From an uncultured delta proteobacterium (GTDB lineage: Bacteria > Myxococcota > Myxococcia > Myxococcales > Anaeromyxobacteraceae), in the NCBI GenBank assembly GCA_963845515.1, contig CAWJSR010000029.1:288001-352000 (forward strand): DNA of 64,000 nucleotides, written 5' to 3'. Numbering within the stretch: the stretch's first letter is position 1; the number at the start of each line of letters is the position of its first letter. Positions 10,551-20,329 of the stretch are shown here, piece after piece. Under the pieces are notes generated by a model. That model was not told where the DNA came from. It saw nothing but the letters and a program-made list of their open reading frames with translations, and searched no databases. Both the position numbers and the translations under genes were made by a program.

Positions 10551-10622
10551 GAGGCGCTAGCTCAATGGTAGAGCATCGGCCTTTTAAGCCGGTGGTTCTG
10601 GGTCCGAGTCCCAGGCGCCTCA
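10551..10622 (+). tRNA. tRNA-Lys (anticodon TTT)
   Basis: Acceptor GAGGCGC/GCGCCTC, D-arm GCTCAATGGTAGAGC, anticodon loop CTTTTAA, T-arm CTGGG-TCCGAGT-CCCAG; CCA not encoded. Confidence 0.9.
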
Positions 10623-10629
10623 CTCGGTG

Positions 10630-11220
10630 TCACGGCTCTCCGGGGAAGGCGAAGCCGGGGGGCGACAGCACCATCGCCAGGTCCGAGTCGATCCGGTGGT
10701 CGCGCAGCATGCGGCCCACCCGCTCGAGCTCCGCGCCGCTCCAGGAGACCGGGTTCACGATCGCGAGGACCCGCTCGTCGAAGTGGTCCAGGTGGTCGAG
10801 CGTGGTCACGATGAGCCGCCCCTCCTCCATGGGGTAGACGAACGCGCTCCCGTCGAACGTGAAGCGCGGGTCTCCGCGGAGGTGGTCCTGCACGTCACCC
10901 CACGCGCTCGCAGGAACGAAGTGGTAGACGCGCCGAACAATCCCGTGTCGCACGGCGAGGTCGAGGTAGTTGTCCTCGTTGGGCTCCTCTCCCTTCTCCG
11001 ACACGAAGGCGCGTCGATCGAAGAGGCACAGGACCCGCCCCTTGACCCCCTCCCGCACCCACTCCTTGTAGGCGGAGAGGTGGTCGGGGACGGACCGGAA
11101 CGCGGGCGGGGCTGCGTAGCGTCGGTGGGCGGCCCCCTGGGACGCGCAGACGAGGAGGACGGCCGCGAAGGCCACGACGATGGCCGCCGTACGCATGGCG
11201 GCGGCGCGCGGCGTGATCAC
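10630..11220 (-). CDS. Exported hypothetical protein, possibly a degenerate arginase/UPF0489-like fold
   Basis: GTGA overlap with upstream stop, signal-peptide-like N-terminus, globular composition. Confidence 0.6.
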   Translation of the reverse strand: MITPRAAAMRTAAIVVAFAAVLLVCASQGAAHRRYAAPPAFRSVPDHLSAYKEWVREGVKGRVLCLFDRRAFVSEKGEEPNEDNYLDLAVRHGIVRRVYHFVPASAWGDVQDHLRGDPRFTFDGSAFVYPMEEGRLIVTTLDHLDHFDERVLAIVNPVSWSGAELERVGRMLRDHRIDSDLAMVLSPPGFAFPGEP

Positions 11221-12503
11221 TGGTGCACCTCGCGCTCCCTCGGCACCACCTCGTCGTGCTCGGGAGGCACAACCTCGTCGAAGACGACCCTGGCCTTGGA
11301 GACGATCGGCGCGTAGAGGGAGGTCGGGACCTCCCGTCCCGCCGTGAGCGGGAACAGGTAGAGCCCCCACGCGACGACGACCGTCAACGCCAGCGCGGCC
11401 CAGCGGCGCGGGGCGGATGCCTTCGCGATCAAGTCGTTCCCTGCCGACGCGAGCATCAGCATGGCGAACGGCACCAGCGTCACGACCGCGTAGCTGAACA
11501 TGGGGCGCCGCACGGCCAGGATGAGCGCGTAGGTGGAGAGGAACATCGCGGGGGCGACCAGCAGCCGCCAGGAGCGAGCGCGGATCCCGGTGACGAGCCC
11601 GTAGACGAACACGGGCAGTATGAGGATGTGGACCGGGGGGTCGTGGATCTGCATCACGTACCGGCCCGTGTCACCGGCCTGCTCCGACCAGTACATCAGC
11701 ATGCTCGGCCGGACGAACCACTCCCAGGGGCTCCCGCCGCCCTTCAGGTACGCGGCGTTCGCGTACGTCGACAAGGTCTGCGACTGGAGGTTGGCGATCG
11801 CATCGAGCTTCATCTCGAGGAGCTCGCCGAACGTGCGGCCGTTGGCGAGCCACGGGAGGTACGTGAGGAGGTAGACCGCGACCGGCAGGACCAGCAGCGC
11901 GCTCGCGGCGTAGGCGACCTGGACCCTGGGAGTCCCCTCGCGCCGCATCCGGAACGCCAGCGCTGCGAGGACCAGCGCGATCGCGATCGGGTAATAGCCC
12001 TTCGTGGAGACCGTGAGGCCCATGGCGAGGCCGGCCGGGACCAGCAGGTCCTCGCCAGTGCGGACCATCCGCGCCACGAGCCAGAGGAAGAGGAGGAAGA
12101 AGCAGCCGACCGGGACCTCCATGAAGGTCGTCCGCGAGAAGTAGACGTGGAGCGGATCGACCGCCAGGAGCCCCGCAGCCAGAAGCGGGGTCCACTGCCC
12201 CGGAAAGAGCTCGCTCGCGAGGAGCAGCAGGAAGGCGACCGTCAACGTTCCCAGGATGACGTTGCGGATCCGCCACCCGACGGCGTTGTTCCCCACCAGT
12301 CGGATGGCCCCGTACTCCAGGACGTGCGCAAGCTGGGGATGCACCCAGGCGTTCCCGAACGTGGTCCCGTACTGCCCCAGGCGAAGCGCGGCGGGGACGT
12401 GGATCCCTTCGTCCTCGAAGAACTCCTGATGGTCGAACGCGCCCCAGGTCCGCACGAACAGGGCGACCGTAAGGATTCCGACCGCGAGTGCCTTGCTTTT
12501 CAC
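11217..12503 (-). CDS. PMT/GT39-like (GT-C fold) membrane glycosyltransferase
   Basis: FFEDEGIH, HPQL, GWRI, SRTTFME motifs, multiple TM helices, SPWEW C-terminal PMT-like segment; start could extend to 12551. Confidence 0.78.
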   Translation of the reverse strand: MKSKALAVGILTVALFVRTWGAFDHQEFFEDEGIHVPAALRLGQYGTTFGNAWVHPQLAHVLEYGAIRLVGNNAVGWRIRNVILGTLTVAFLLLLASELFPGQWTPLLAAGLLAVDPLHVYFSRTTFMEVPVGCFFLLFLWLVARMVRTGEDLLVPAGLAMGLTVSTKGYYPIAIALVLAALAFRMRREGTPRVQVAYAASALLVLPVAVYLLTYLPWLANGRTFGELLEMKLDAIANLQSQTLSTYANAAYLKGGGSPWEWFVRPSMLMYWSEQAGDTGRYVMQIHDPPVHILILPVFVYGLVTGIRARSWRLLVAPAMFLSTYALILAVRRPMFSYAVVTLVPFAMLMLASAGNDLIAKASAPRRWAALALTVVVAWGLYLFPLTAGREVPTSLYAPIVSKARVVFDEVVPPEHDEVVPREREVHQ

Positions 12504-12653
12504 GGTTTCGCTGTTCCTCGTTGAGGGCTTCCACTGATCGAGCCGACGCACGAGGCGCGGTCGCCTGCCGCGCGGCGGAAGTTAGCACCCCGAAACGCGC
12601 TTGGGCAATCGGGCGCACACCCCCATGGGACTCCCCATGTAGGTCACACTCCT

Positions 12654-13532
12654 TCATCTCCCCCAGACGAGGTCGACCACCACGGGCCGATGGTCCGATG
12701 CCGCCGCCATGTCGGCGCCGTCGATGACGCCGGCGCTCACCACGCGCCACGCCTCGGCGCGTGGGACGAGCAGGTAGTCGAGTCGGGCCCCACCGTTCAG
12801 GCCGATCCAGGTCCACGAGGAGGAGAGCCCCACCTCGGAGAGCGCGTCGATCCAGCCGCCGTCCGCCAGGAGCGGCCCGAGCGGGTCGCTCCACGGCTCG
12901 TCGTTCAGGTCGCCGCCCGCCAGGACGAGCGCTCCCGGCGCGCTCCGGGAGACCTCGTCGGCGATCTCCCTCATCCGCGCCGCCTGCGCGCGCCGCCTGT
13001 CACCGACCGGGTCGGTGAGCCGCGACACGAGGTGGGTCCCCACGAGCACGAGCGCGCCCTGGCTTGCGTGGACCTCGACGCAGTCGCGCGACCAGAGCGG
13101 CCTCCCATCGGGTCCGGTCTCGCCGAGGTGGCTCACGTAGCGGTCAACTGGAAGCCTCGACAGGACGGCGACGTCGATGCCTCGCGGGTCGAACGCCTCG
13201 ACCAGCCGTGCATCCGGATACCCGGTCCGGGCGGCGAGCTGTTCGGCCAGAGAGAGGTTCTCGACCTCCTGCAGGAGCACGACGTCGGCGTCCATTCGCT
13301 CGATGACGGCCGAGATCCGCGCCAGCTTCTTCTCGACCTGGGCGAAGGACGGGAGCTCGTCCAGGTCCCCGGGGGGCGTGACCTGGTCGACCGTGTCGAA
13401 GAGGTCGTGGACGTTCCAGGTGGCGACGCGGACCGTTCCACTCGCGGCCGGCCGCGGCGCGGATGGAGGGGGTTGAACTGCGCACGCGAACGCGGCGTAA
13501 AGGGCAGAAATGACTAGCGGGTGGAGGCGCAT
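12654..13532 (-). CDS. Endonuclease/exonuclease/phosphatase family lipoprotein
   Basis: ATWNV, LQEVEN, GGDLN, LDYLL, SDHRPV motifs; lipobox-like FAC. Confidence 0.88.
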   Translation of the reverse strand: MRLHPLVISALYAAFACAVQPPPSAPRPAASGTVRVATWNVHDLFDTVDQVTPPGDLDELPSFAQVEKKLARISAVIERMDADVVLLQEVENLSLAEQLAARTGYPDARLVEAFDPRGIDVAVLSRLPVDRYVSHLGETGPDGRPLWSRDCVEVHASQGALVLVGTHLVSRLTDPVGDRRRAQAARMREIADEVSRSAPGALVLAGGDLNDEPWSDPLGPLLADGGWIDALSEVGLSSSWTWIGLNGGARLDYLLVPRAEAWRVVSAGVIDGADMAAASDHRPVVVDLVWGR

Positions 13533-13600
13533 GTAGGAACGTACTGCAGGGTGCGCACCGTCCTTGACACGAGGGGGTAAGGTCGGGTTTCTTCCCGCCC

Positions 13601-13673
13601 GACCCCATCGTCTAGAGGCCCAGGACGCCGCCTTCTCAAGGCGGAAACCGGGGTTCGAATCCCTGTGGGGTCA
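13601..13673 (+). tRNA. tRNA-Glu (anticodon CTC)
   Basis: GACCCCA/TGGGGTC acceptor, CCGCC-TTCTCAA-GGCGG anticodon arm, GGTTCGAATCC. Confidence 0.93.
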
Positions 13674-13694
13674 CTTTTTGTAGATTTGCCGGGC

Positions 13695-13767
13695 GGCCCC
13701 ATCGTCTAGAGGCCTAGGACGCGGCCCTTTCAAGGCTGCAACCGGGGTTCGAATCCCCGTGGGGTCA
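13695..13767 (+). tRNA. tRNA-Glu (anticodon TTC)
   Basis: GGCCCCA/TGGGGTC acceptor, CGGCC-CTTTCAA-GGCTG anticodon arm, GGTTCGAATCC. Confidence 0.93.
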
Positions 13768-13804
13768 TTTCCGCCCGCTCGCGCACCGACGTGTAGCTGC
13801 TCTG

Positions 13805-14716
13805 CTACGCCGAGAGGTGCTTCCAGGGCTCCGCGGCCAGGAGCGCGGCGACGATGGCGCGCGTCGAGGGGGAGCGGTTCAGCGTGTAGAAGTGGACCCC
13901 CGGCACGCCGGCCCGGAGGAGGTCCTGGCACTGGAGGCTGGCGAAGGCGACTCCAAGCTCCCGCGCGCCGTCGGGATCGTCCCGCAGGACCTCCATGGCT
14001 GCGTGGAGCCGCGCGGGGATGGTGGCGCCGCAGGTGGCGGTGAAGCGCTCCACCTGCTCCACGCTGGTGAAGGGCATGATCCCCGGCAGGATCGGCAGCC
14101 GGATCCCGGCGGCGCGCGCGCGGTCGACGAAGCCGTGGTACCGGGCGTTGTCGAAGAAGAGCTGCGTCACCAGGAAGTCGGTCCCAGCGTCCACCTTGGC
14201 CTTCAGGTGGCGCAGGTCGACCGCCAGGTCCGGCGTCTCCGGGTGGCCCTCCGGGTAGGCGGCCGCACCGATGCAGAAGGGCCAGCGCCTCGGCTCGCTC
14301 CTGATGAAGGCGACCAGCTCGCTCGCGAAGCGGAAGCCGTCCGGGTGGGGCTCGAAGCGCGCCTCGCCCCGGGGCGGGTCACCGCGCAACGCCAGGACGT
14401 TCTCGACCCCTGCGGAGGCGACCTCGTCGAGGAGCGTCGCCACCTCGTCGCGGGACGAACCGACGCACGTGACGTGCGCCATCGGCTCGATGCCCGACTC
14501 CCCCTTGAGCCGCCGGACCAGCTCGACGGTCTTGGCGCGAGTCGAGCCACCGGCGCCGTAGGTGACCGAGACCCACGACGGCTGCAGCGGCCGGAGGGCG
14601 CCGATGGTCTGCATCAGCGCGCGCTCTCCGTCCTCCGTCTTGGGAGGGAAGAACTCGAAGGTGAAGACGGGCTCGCCGCGCTTCCGGGCGGCCTCGAGGA
14701 TCTCGGTGATTCGCAC
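13805..14716 (-). CDS. metF: 5,10-methylenetetrahydrofolate reductase
   Basis: FEFFPPK, SVTYGAGGS, LALRGD, AAYPEGH, TQLFFD, HFYTLN. Confidence 0.95.
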   Translation of the reverse strand: MRITEILEAARKRGEPVFTFEFFPPKTEDGERALMQTIGALRPLQPSWVSVTYGAGGSTRAKTVELVRRLKGESGIEPMAHVTCVGSSRDEVATLLDEVASAGVENVLALRGDPPRGEARFEPHPDGFRFASELVAFIRSEPRRWPFCIGAAAYPEGHPETPDLAVDLRHLKAKVDAGTDFLVTQLFFDNARYHGFVDRARAAGIRLPILPGIMPFTSVEQVERFTATCGATIPARLHAAMEVLRDDPDGARELGVAFASLQCQDLLRAGVPGVHFYTLNRSPSTRAIVAALLAAEPWKHLSA

Positions 14717-14805
14717 GGCGCGAAAGTTATCCCGCCGCGGGGGGCCCTGTCACGGTACATGCCACCGTGCCCCGATGCGGTTGACAGCGGAGGGGTCCGC
14801 GGGAA

Positions 14806-15336
14806 ATGAGTACCGCGGCCACCCCGAACCGAGCGCCAATGGACCCCAAGCCGAAGCGCAACCGCCACATCACCCCCGACGGCTACAAGCGGCTCCTGGC
14901 CGAGCACGACCAGATCTGGAAGGTGATCCGCCCGAAGATCGTCGCCGAGGTGGAGGCGGCCGCAGCGCTCGGCGACCGGAGCGAGAACGCCGAGTACATC
15001 TACGGCAAGAAGAAGCTGCGCGAGCTCGATCGGCGGCTGCAGGAGCTGCGGGGGCTGATGGACACGGTCACCGTCACCGAGCCGCAGCCGCACCCCTCCG
15101 GGCGCGCCTACTTCGGCGCGTGGGTGACCGTCGAACACGAGGACGGCACGGAGAAGACCTACCGGCTCGTCGGACCGGACGAGACCGAGCCGGCCGCCGG
15201 CGCCATCAGCGTGGACGCTCCGCTCGGCCGGGCGCTGCTGGGCAAGAAGGACGGCGAGGTGGTGGCGGTGATGCGCCCCGCCGGCCTCGTCGAGCTGACC
15301 GTCATCGAGGTGCGCTGGAAGCGCCCGAAGCGCTGA
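14806..15336 (+). CDS. greB: Transcription elongation factor GreB
   Basis: AAALGDRSENAEYIYGKKKLRELDRR, FGAWV, VGPDE, PLGRALLGK; start may be ATG 14839. Confidence 0.92.
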   Translation: MSTAATPNRAPMDPKPKRNRHITPDGYKRLLAEHDQIWKVIRPKIVAEVEAAAALGDRSENAEYIYGKKKLRELDRRLQELRGLMDTVTVTEPQPHPSGRAYFGAWVTVEHEDGTEKTYRLVGPDETEPAAGAISVDAPLGRALLGKKDGEVVAVMRPAGLVELTVIEVRWKRPKR

Positions 15337-15388
15337 CAGGCTGTAGTATCCCCTCCCCCTCCTCCGAGCACAGGTCCAGGAGCCCGCC

Positions 15389-15904
15389 ATGATCCCCGTC
15401 GCCGACCGGCCCGCCGCACAGGCTCGCCTGGAGCACTTCGTCCGCGAGCGCCCCCACGCGCTCCTCTACGACCCTGCCGCGTCGATCCTGCTCGACGTCC
15501 CCTCCGGCAAGGCGCTCCCGCTCGACTGGTCGATCCTGAACGGCATCGCCGACGGCCTGGACGCCGACACGAGGCGGCCGTACCTGCTGCTCTCGCGCGA
15601 GGACGGGCTGATGCTGGCGCTCGCCGACCAGGGGATCGTCTTCGCCCCGTCGACCGCCTCAACGGGGCCCTTCGAAGGGCTCCCGAACGCGGTCTGCCTC
15701 CAGGACCTGCTGAACGCCGAGGCGAAGCTCCTCCACTTCCTGCGCGATCACCCCGAGGACGAGCCCACCCGCACGCACCTCTCGCTCTTCATGCTCTGCC
15801 TCGCGGTCCTCGACGGCGCGCGCGCAGTCGGCTTCGACGTCGGGCGCGAGGAGCGCCGCCTGGAGACGGCGCTCGGGGAACTGGAGGCGCGAAAGAAGGG
15901 CTAG
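15389..15904 (+). CDS. Hypothetical protein
   Basis: AGGAG RBS, GC3-biased codons, globular 171-aa product. Confidence 0.7.
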   Translation: MIPVADRPAAQARLEHFVRERPHALLYDPAASILLDVPSGKALPLDWSILNGIADGLDADTRRPYLLLSREDGLMLALADQGIVFAPSTASTGPFEGLPNAVCLQDLLNAEAKLLHFLRDHPEDEPTRTHLSLFMLCLAVLDGARAVGFDVGREERRLETALGELEARKKG

Positions 15905-15953
15905 CGACCCCGCAACTCTTCGAGCGCCAGGTCAGTCGCGCCGCCGTTGGCCC

Positions 15954-17273
15954 TCAGTTCCAGCAGTACGTGACCGTGCACATCCCGTCCAAGCACTCCA
16001 GGTCATCCTGGCAGGCGTCCCATGCGCCACAGGCGACGCCGGCCGCCTGCTTCGGGATGCAGGTCCCGGGGTTCGGATAGACGAAATTGCAGTAACTACC
16101 GTCCACGCACTCGCGGTCCGCGCGTCCCAGGCACGTCCCGCCCGCCGCGACGCGTGGTGCGCACGTCGTGTAGTGGTAGGACCCATCCCGCTGGCAGAAG
16201 AGCCCCGCCTCGCACTCGAGGTCAGCGTCGCTCACCGCCGAGACCGAGCAGTCCTCCCCGACGCCGGGCGCCGGCATGCAGGTGGGGGTCGCGAGGGAGG
16301 TGTCGCAGAAGGACTCATCGGCGCAGGCGCCGTAGACGGTGCAGTCCTCACCGAGCACCGGGGCCGGCTTGCAGGTGGGGTCCACGAGCGACGTATCGCA
16401 GAAGGCCTCGCCTGCGCACTCACCGGAGGCGGTGCACGGCTGGTCCACCCCCGGGAGCGGCGCGCAGAGGCTGGTGGCTGGATCGCAGAAGTCGAAGGCC
16501 GGATTGCAGCCCGCCAGCGCTCCGCAAGGCTGCCCCCTCGCGGCCAGCGGCAGGCAGGTCCAGCCCGCCGGGAGGCACAGGAGCGGCGCGCTGCAGTCCG
16601 AGGTCTCGTCGCAGGGCTCGCCCACCCCCACGGGAGCGCGGCAGACGTAGTTCGAGAGCGTCGCGTCGTAGTCGCAGGCGGTTCCATCGGGGCAGACATG
16701 CAGTGAGTCGCACGCGTCGCCCGCCGCCACCGTCGTCTGCGCCAGGCAGAAGTCGCCCCCGGACGAGGCCTGGTAGGTGCACCACAGCCCCGCCGCGCAC
16801 GGCAGCGCTCTGCAGTCCTCACCCTCGGCCGCGACCCCGCTGCAGCTCCCCGGGCAGGTCCCCTGGGCGAAGTCGCAGAACCCGGCAGCGCACTCCAGGT
16901 CATCCGCGCACTCACCGCCCGGGGCGACGTTGGCGGCGAGGGCGGCCAGGAGGCACTCCGGCTCGTCCCAGTTCCTGAAGGTCTCGGCGCACGAGTAGGC
17001 AGCGACGCTGGCGGTGCACGCGTCCAGGACGCCCTGGTCGACGAGGAGCCTTCCAGCGTCGGCTGAGGCCTCCAGGCTGGCCGCGATCGGCGCGAAGTCC
17101 GTGCCGTCCTCCCATGCCACGCCCAGGCAAGCCAGGCCGTTGGCCCTCATTGCCGTCACGATCGCCATGAAGGCGTCGGCGATTGGCGAGTCGCCCGCCG
17201 GCGGCTTCGGGTCGTCGGGCGCGGGACAGGCGGCGAGCAGCGAGAGCGTCAAGACGAGCAACGACCTGCGCAT
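15954..17273 (-). CDS. Cys-rich repeat lipoprotein
   Basis: Lipobox LAAC; many G-x-x-C...C...C modules including near-duplicated FCDTSL..PTC.PAP..GEDC units. Confidence 0.8.
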   Translation of the reverse strand: MRRSLLVLTLSLLAACPAPDDPKPPAGDSPIADAFMAIVTAMRANGLACLGVAWEDGTDFAPIAASLEASADAGRLLVDQGVLDACTASVAAYSCAETFRNWDEPECLLAALAANVAPGGECADDLECAAGFCDFAQGTCPGSCSGVAAEGEDCRALPCAAGLWCTYQASSGGDFCLAQTTVAAGDACDSLHVCPDGTACDYDATLSNYVCRAPVGVGEPCDETSDCSAPLLCLPAGWTCLPLAARGQPCGALAGCNPAFDFCDPATSLCAPLPGVDQPCTASGECAGEAFCDTSLVDPTCKPAPVLGEDCTVYGACADESFCDTSLATPTCMPAPGVGEDCSVSAVSDADLECEAGLFCQRDGSYHYTTCAPRVAAGGTCLGRADRECVDGSYCNFVYPNPGTCIPKQAAGVACGAWDACQDDLECLDGMCTVTYCWN

Positions 17274-17378
17274 GAGATCCCCCCGGGCACGTGCCGCCAG
17301 CCGCAACGGCCGTGGGGAATAGAACACCCTGGGTGAGTGCCGGTCCAGCGGGAAACGGCCCCGCCGGCGGAGAGCGCG

Positions 17379-18017
17379 CTACGACTCCTCCGGCCTCGCC
17401 TCGGTCGCGATCTTCGCGATCCGTGTCCAGAGCGCCTCGGTCCCGGTCCCCTCGATCGCCGAGAACGGGACCGCGTCCCCCTTCGCGAGCTTCATCTCCC
17501 GCTCCACGGTCACGAGCGAGCCGATCCGCTTCGACTTGACGATCTTGTCGATCTTGGTGACGGCCACGATCACCTTCCGTCCGCAGGTCTCGCGGAGGAA
17601 GAGGAGCGCGTCGTGGTCCGAGGGCTGGGGCTCGTGCCGGGCGTCCACGATCAGGACGACCGCCTGGAGATCCTTGCGGTCCTTCACGTACTCCTCGATC
17701 ATCGAGGCCCACTCGTCGCGCTCGGTCTTCGACACCTTGGCGTAGCCGTAGCCGGGCAGGTCGCAGAAGCGGACCTTGCGCGGCCGCGCCGACGGCGTCG
17801 AGCGGAAGGTGACCTCGAAGAACTGCAGGGCCCTGGTGCGACCCGGCGTGGTCGAGACGCGCGCGAGGCTCGTCCGCCGGGTCAGCGCGTTCAGCATCGA
17901 GGACTTGCCGACGTTGGACCGGCCGACGAAGGCCAGCTCCGGCACGAAGCCGCGCGGCCAGTCCACGGGGTGGACGGCGGTCTTCAGGAAGCCCGCGTCG
18001 ACGACTTGGATGGACAT
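17379..18017 (-). CDS. engB: Ribosome biogenesis GTP-binding protein YihA/EngB
   Basis: GRSNVGKSS, PGRT, DLPGYGY, TKIDK. Confidence 0.95.
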   Translation of the reverse strand: MSIQVVDAGFLKTAVHPVDWPRGFVPELAFVGRSNVGKSSMLNALTRRTSLARVSTTPGRTRALQFFEVTFRSTPSARPRKVRFCDLPGYGYAKVSKTERDEWASMIEEYVKDRKDLQAVVLIVDARHEPQPSDHDALLFLRETCGRKVIVAVTKIDKIVKSKRIGSLVTVEREMKLAKGDAVPFSAIEGTGTEALWTRIAKIATEARPEES

Positions 18018-18032
18018 GGTGAACCTCGCGCC

Positions 18033-18572
18033 CTAGCGGGTCTTGCCCGCTGCGGCGCCTTTCTTCGGGGCACCCGGCGAGGTGGCTGCGGGCTTCGTAG
18101 CAGGAACGGGCGCACCCTCCGCCTTCCAGGCGGCGCGCTCCGCGTTCCAGTGCTCGATGAGCGGCAGCTTCCGGGCGTACTCGAACTTCGTGAGGCTGGG
18201 CGTCGACTCGTTGTGGCAGCCGCCGCAGACCTTCTCGTCGGGATCCAGGAGGCCGACCGCCCGGGAGAGCTCGTGATCGCGCATGACGTAGCGCGCCGCG
18301 TAGGCGCCGCCGGCGCCGTGGCAGGTCTCGCACCCGACCGCGACGAAGCCCTCGTCCATGAGCGGCGCGTGGCAGGAGAGGCAGCGCTTGTCCTTCCGGT
18401 TGCGCTCCGGGAGGCTGTCGAACGCGCGCGCGTGCGGCCCCGTGCGCCAGGCCTCGTAGGCCGCCGGGTGGCAGGCCTTGCAGGTCTCCGGCCCCACCGT
18501 GGGGGTGGTCGAGCCGGCCATGGCGATGGCGGGGACGGCGAGGAGGAGGGCCAGGTGACGTGGGGCGCGCAA
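18033..18572 (-). CDS. Periplasmic tetraheme cytochrome c (c554-like)
   Basis: Signal peptide and four CxxCH motifs (CKACH, CLSCH, CETCH, CGGCH). Confidence 0.88.
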   Translation of the reverse strand: MRAPRHLALLLAVPAIAMAGSTTPTVGPETCKACHPAAYEAWRTGPHARAFDSLPERNRKDKRCLSCHAPLMDEGFVAVGCETCHGAGGAYAARYVMRDHELSRAVGLLDPDEKVCGGCHNESTPSLTKFEYARKLPLIEHWNAERAAWKAEGAPVPATKPAATSPGAPKKGAAAGKTR

Positions 18573-18644
18573 GACGGCGTGAATATACGGGGAGCGGCCC
18601 CGTCAATCTACTGCGGTCGACAGGGACCGATATAATCGCCCCCT

Positions 18645-19160
18645 ATGCGCCAGCTCCTCCTCGCCACCCTCGTCGCCCTCACGCTCCTCCCGTCCATCGC
18701 CTCGGCCAAGGCCTGGCAGGGGATCTCGCCCGGCGCCAGCACCATCGACGAGGTCGTCAACAAGTTCGGCGAGCCGACCTCGCGGACCAGGCGATCGACC
18801 CGCACCGTCCTCGCCTACCTGGGCGAGCAGGCGCTGCCGGGGACCAAGCAGACCCAGTTCCATGCGCGCGAGGACGGGGTGATCCTGGAGATCACCGTCT
18901 TCCTGGCGACTCAGCTGGAGAAGGAGTCGATCGAGGGGACCTACGGACGGTCGCCGCGGAAGACCTTCACCGACGACTTCCTCCCGGTCTGGCTCTACGA
19001 GGCCGACGGCGTGACCGTCTACTTCACGAAGGACGGCTTCGTGAACGCCATCAGCTTCTCGGCCGGGCGCAGCGTGGCGAAGCCCGCGGGCGCGGCCGCG
19101 GCCAGGAAGGCAGCGCCGGCGGCGGGCGCGGGCAAGGCCAGGTCGGACATCCTCCCTTGA
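18645..19160 (+). CDS. Exported hypothetical protein
   Basis: Signal peptide (ASAKA), WQGISPG.ST..EV..KFGEP SmpA/BamE-like repeat pattern. Confidence 0.72.
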   Translation: MRQLLLATLVALTLLPSIASAKAWQGISPGASTIDEVVNKFGEPTSRTRRSTRTVLAYLGEQALPGTKQTQFHAREDGVILEITVFLATQLEKESIEGTYGRSPRKTFTDDFLPVWLYEADGVTVYFTKDGFVNAISFSAGRSVAKPAGAAAARKAAPAAGAGKARSDILP

Positions 19161-19222
19161 GAGAGCGGAGGCCGCCCGTGAAGAGGTCCCTCCCCTTCCT
19201 CGCCCCCGGGGACCAGGGCTGA

Positions 19223-19855
19223 GTGCGTCTCGTCGGACTCACCGGCGGGATCGCCACCGGCAAGAGCACCCTCGCGCGGCTGCTGCGCGACCAGGGCGTC
19301 CCCGTCGTGGATGCCGACGAGCTCTCGCGCGCCGCCTCCCGGACCGCGCCCGTCCTCAGCGCGATCGCGAGAGAGTTCGGCCCGGAGTACCTGGACGCCG
19401 CGGGCCAGCTCGACCGGAAGCGGATGGGGGCGCTCGTCTTCGGCGACCCGGAGGCCCGCAAGAGGCTGGAGGCCATCCTGCACCCCGCGATCCGCGCCGC
19501 GATGGCCGAGGAGAGCGAGCGGCTCGCGCGCGAAGGGCACCCGCTCGCCTTCTACGACACGCCGCTGCTGTTCGAGTCGGGGCTGGGTGACCAGGTCGAG
19601 TGCGTGGTGGTCATCTACGCTCCCCGCATCGAGCAGCTCGAGCGGGTGACGCGTCGCGACGGCCTCTCCTGGCCCGAGGCGCAGGCGCGGCTCGCCGCGC
19701 AGATGGACATCGAGGAGAAGGCGCGGCTCGCCGACATCGTCGTCGACAACACCGCTGCGCCCGACACGCTCCCGGAGAAGGCCGCGAGGCTCCTCCGCGA
19801 TCTGCTCCGCGGCCCGGGGAAGCGCGCGCCGGGGGCGGACGCGCGCTGGTACTGA
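19223..19855 (+). CDS. coaE: Dephospho-CoA kinase
   Basis: VGLTGGIATGKST, DAD, LDRKRMG, HPAI, PLLFE. Confidence 0.95.
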   Translation: MRLVGLTGGIATGKSTLARLLRDQGVPVVDADELSRAASRTAPVLSAIAREFGPEYLDAAGQLDRKRMGALVFGDPEARKRLEAILHPAIRAAMAEESERLAREGHPLAFYDTPLLFESGLGDQVECVVVIYAPRIEQLERVTRRDGLSWPEAQARLAAQMDIEEKARLADIVVDNTAAPDTLPEKAARLLRDLLRGPGKRAPGADARWY

Positions 19856-19917
19856 GGCGGCCCTCTGGTCAACGCGCGCTTGCGGGATCCCACCCACTCC
19901 CGCTACACCCATTCGCC

Positions 19918-20328
19918 ATGAAGACCCTCAGCGACTTCACGGTCGGAGAGACCTTCCAGCTCGTCCGCCGCGTCGACCCGTACCGGCCGATCTACTACGC
20001 GGCCGCCTCCGGCGACTTCAACCCGATCCACATCGACCGGCGCGTCGGAAGGGCCGCTGGGCTGGGCGGCGCGATCCTGCAGGGGATGTGCACCTACGCG
20101 TGGCTCTCCGACGCCTGCGTCGCCTACTTCGGCGATCCGGTCCGCGTCCGGAAGGTCCGCGCGCGCTTCGCCAGGGCGGTGAAGCCGGGGGACACCGTCA
20201 CCTTCACCGGCCGCTGCACGGCGATCGAGGGGAGCACGGTGCGGGTGGAGGTCGAGGTGAGGAACCAGGACGGCGGCGAGGTGCTCAAGCGCGCCACCGC
20301 CGAGGGGCTCATCGAGGGGGAGCGCTGA
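19918..20328 (+). CDS. MaoC-family (R)-specific hydratase, catalytic-type subunit
   Basis: YAAASGDFNPIH hydratase-2 motif, ILQGM. Confidence 0.88.
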   Translation: MKTLSDFTVGETFQLVRRVDPYRPIYYAAASGDFNPIHIDRRVGRAAGLGGAILQGMCTYAWLSDACVAYFGDPVRVRKVRARFARAVKPGDTVTFTGRCTAIEGSTVRVEVEVRNQDGGEVLKRATAEGLIEGER

Positions 20329-20329
20329 G

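Noticed and set aside
10551..13767. tRNA-anchored integrated element or prophage
   Set aside because: No adjacent integrase, no phage genes, and no duplicated tRNA 3' end noticed beyond the two full tRNA-Glu genes
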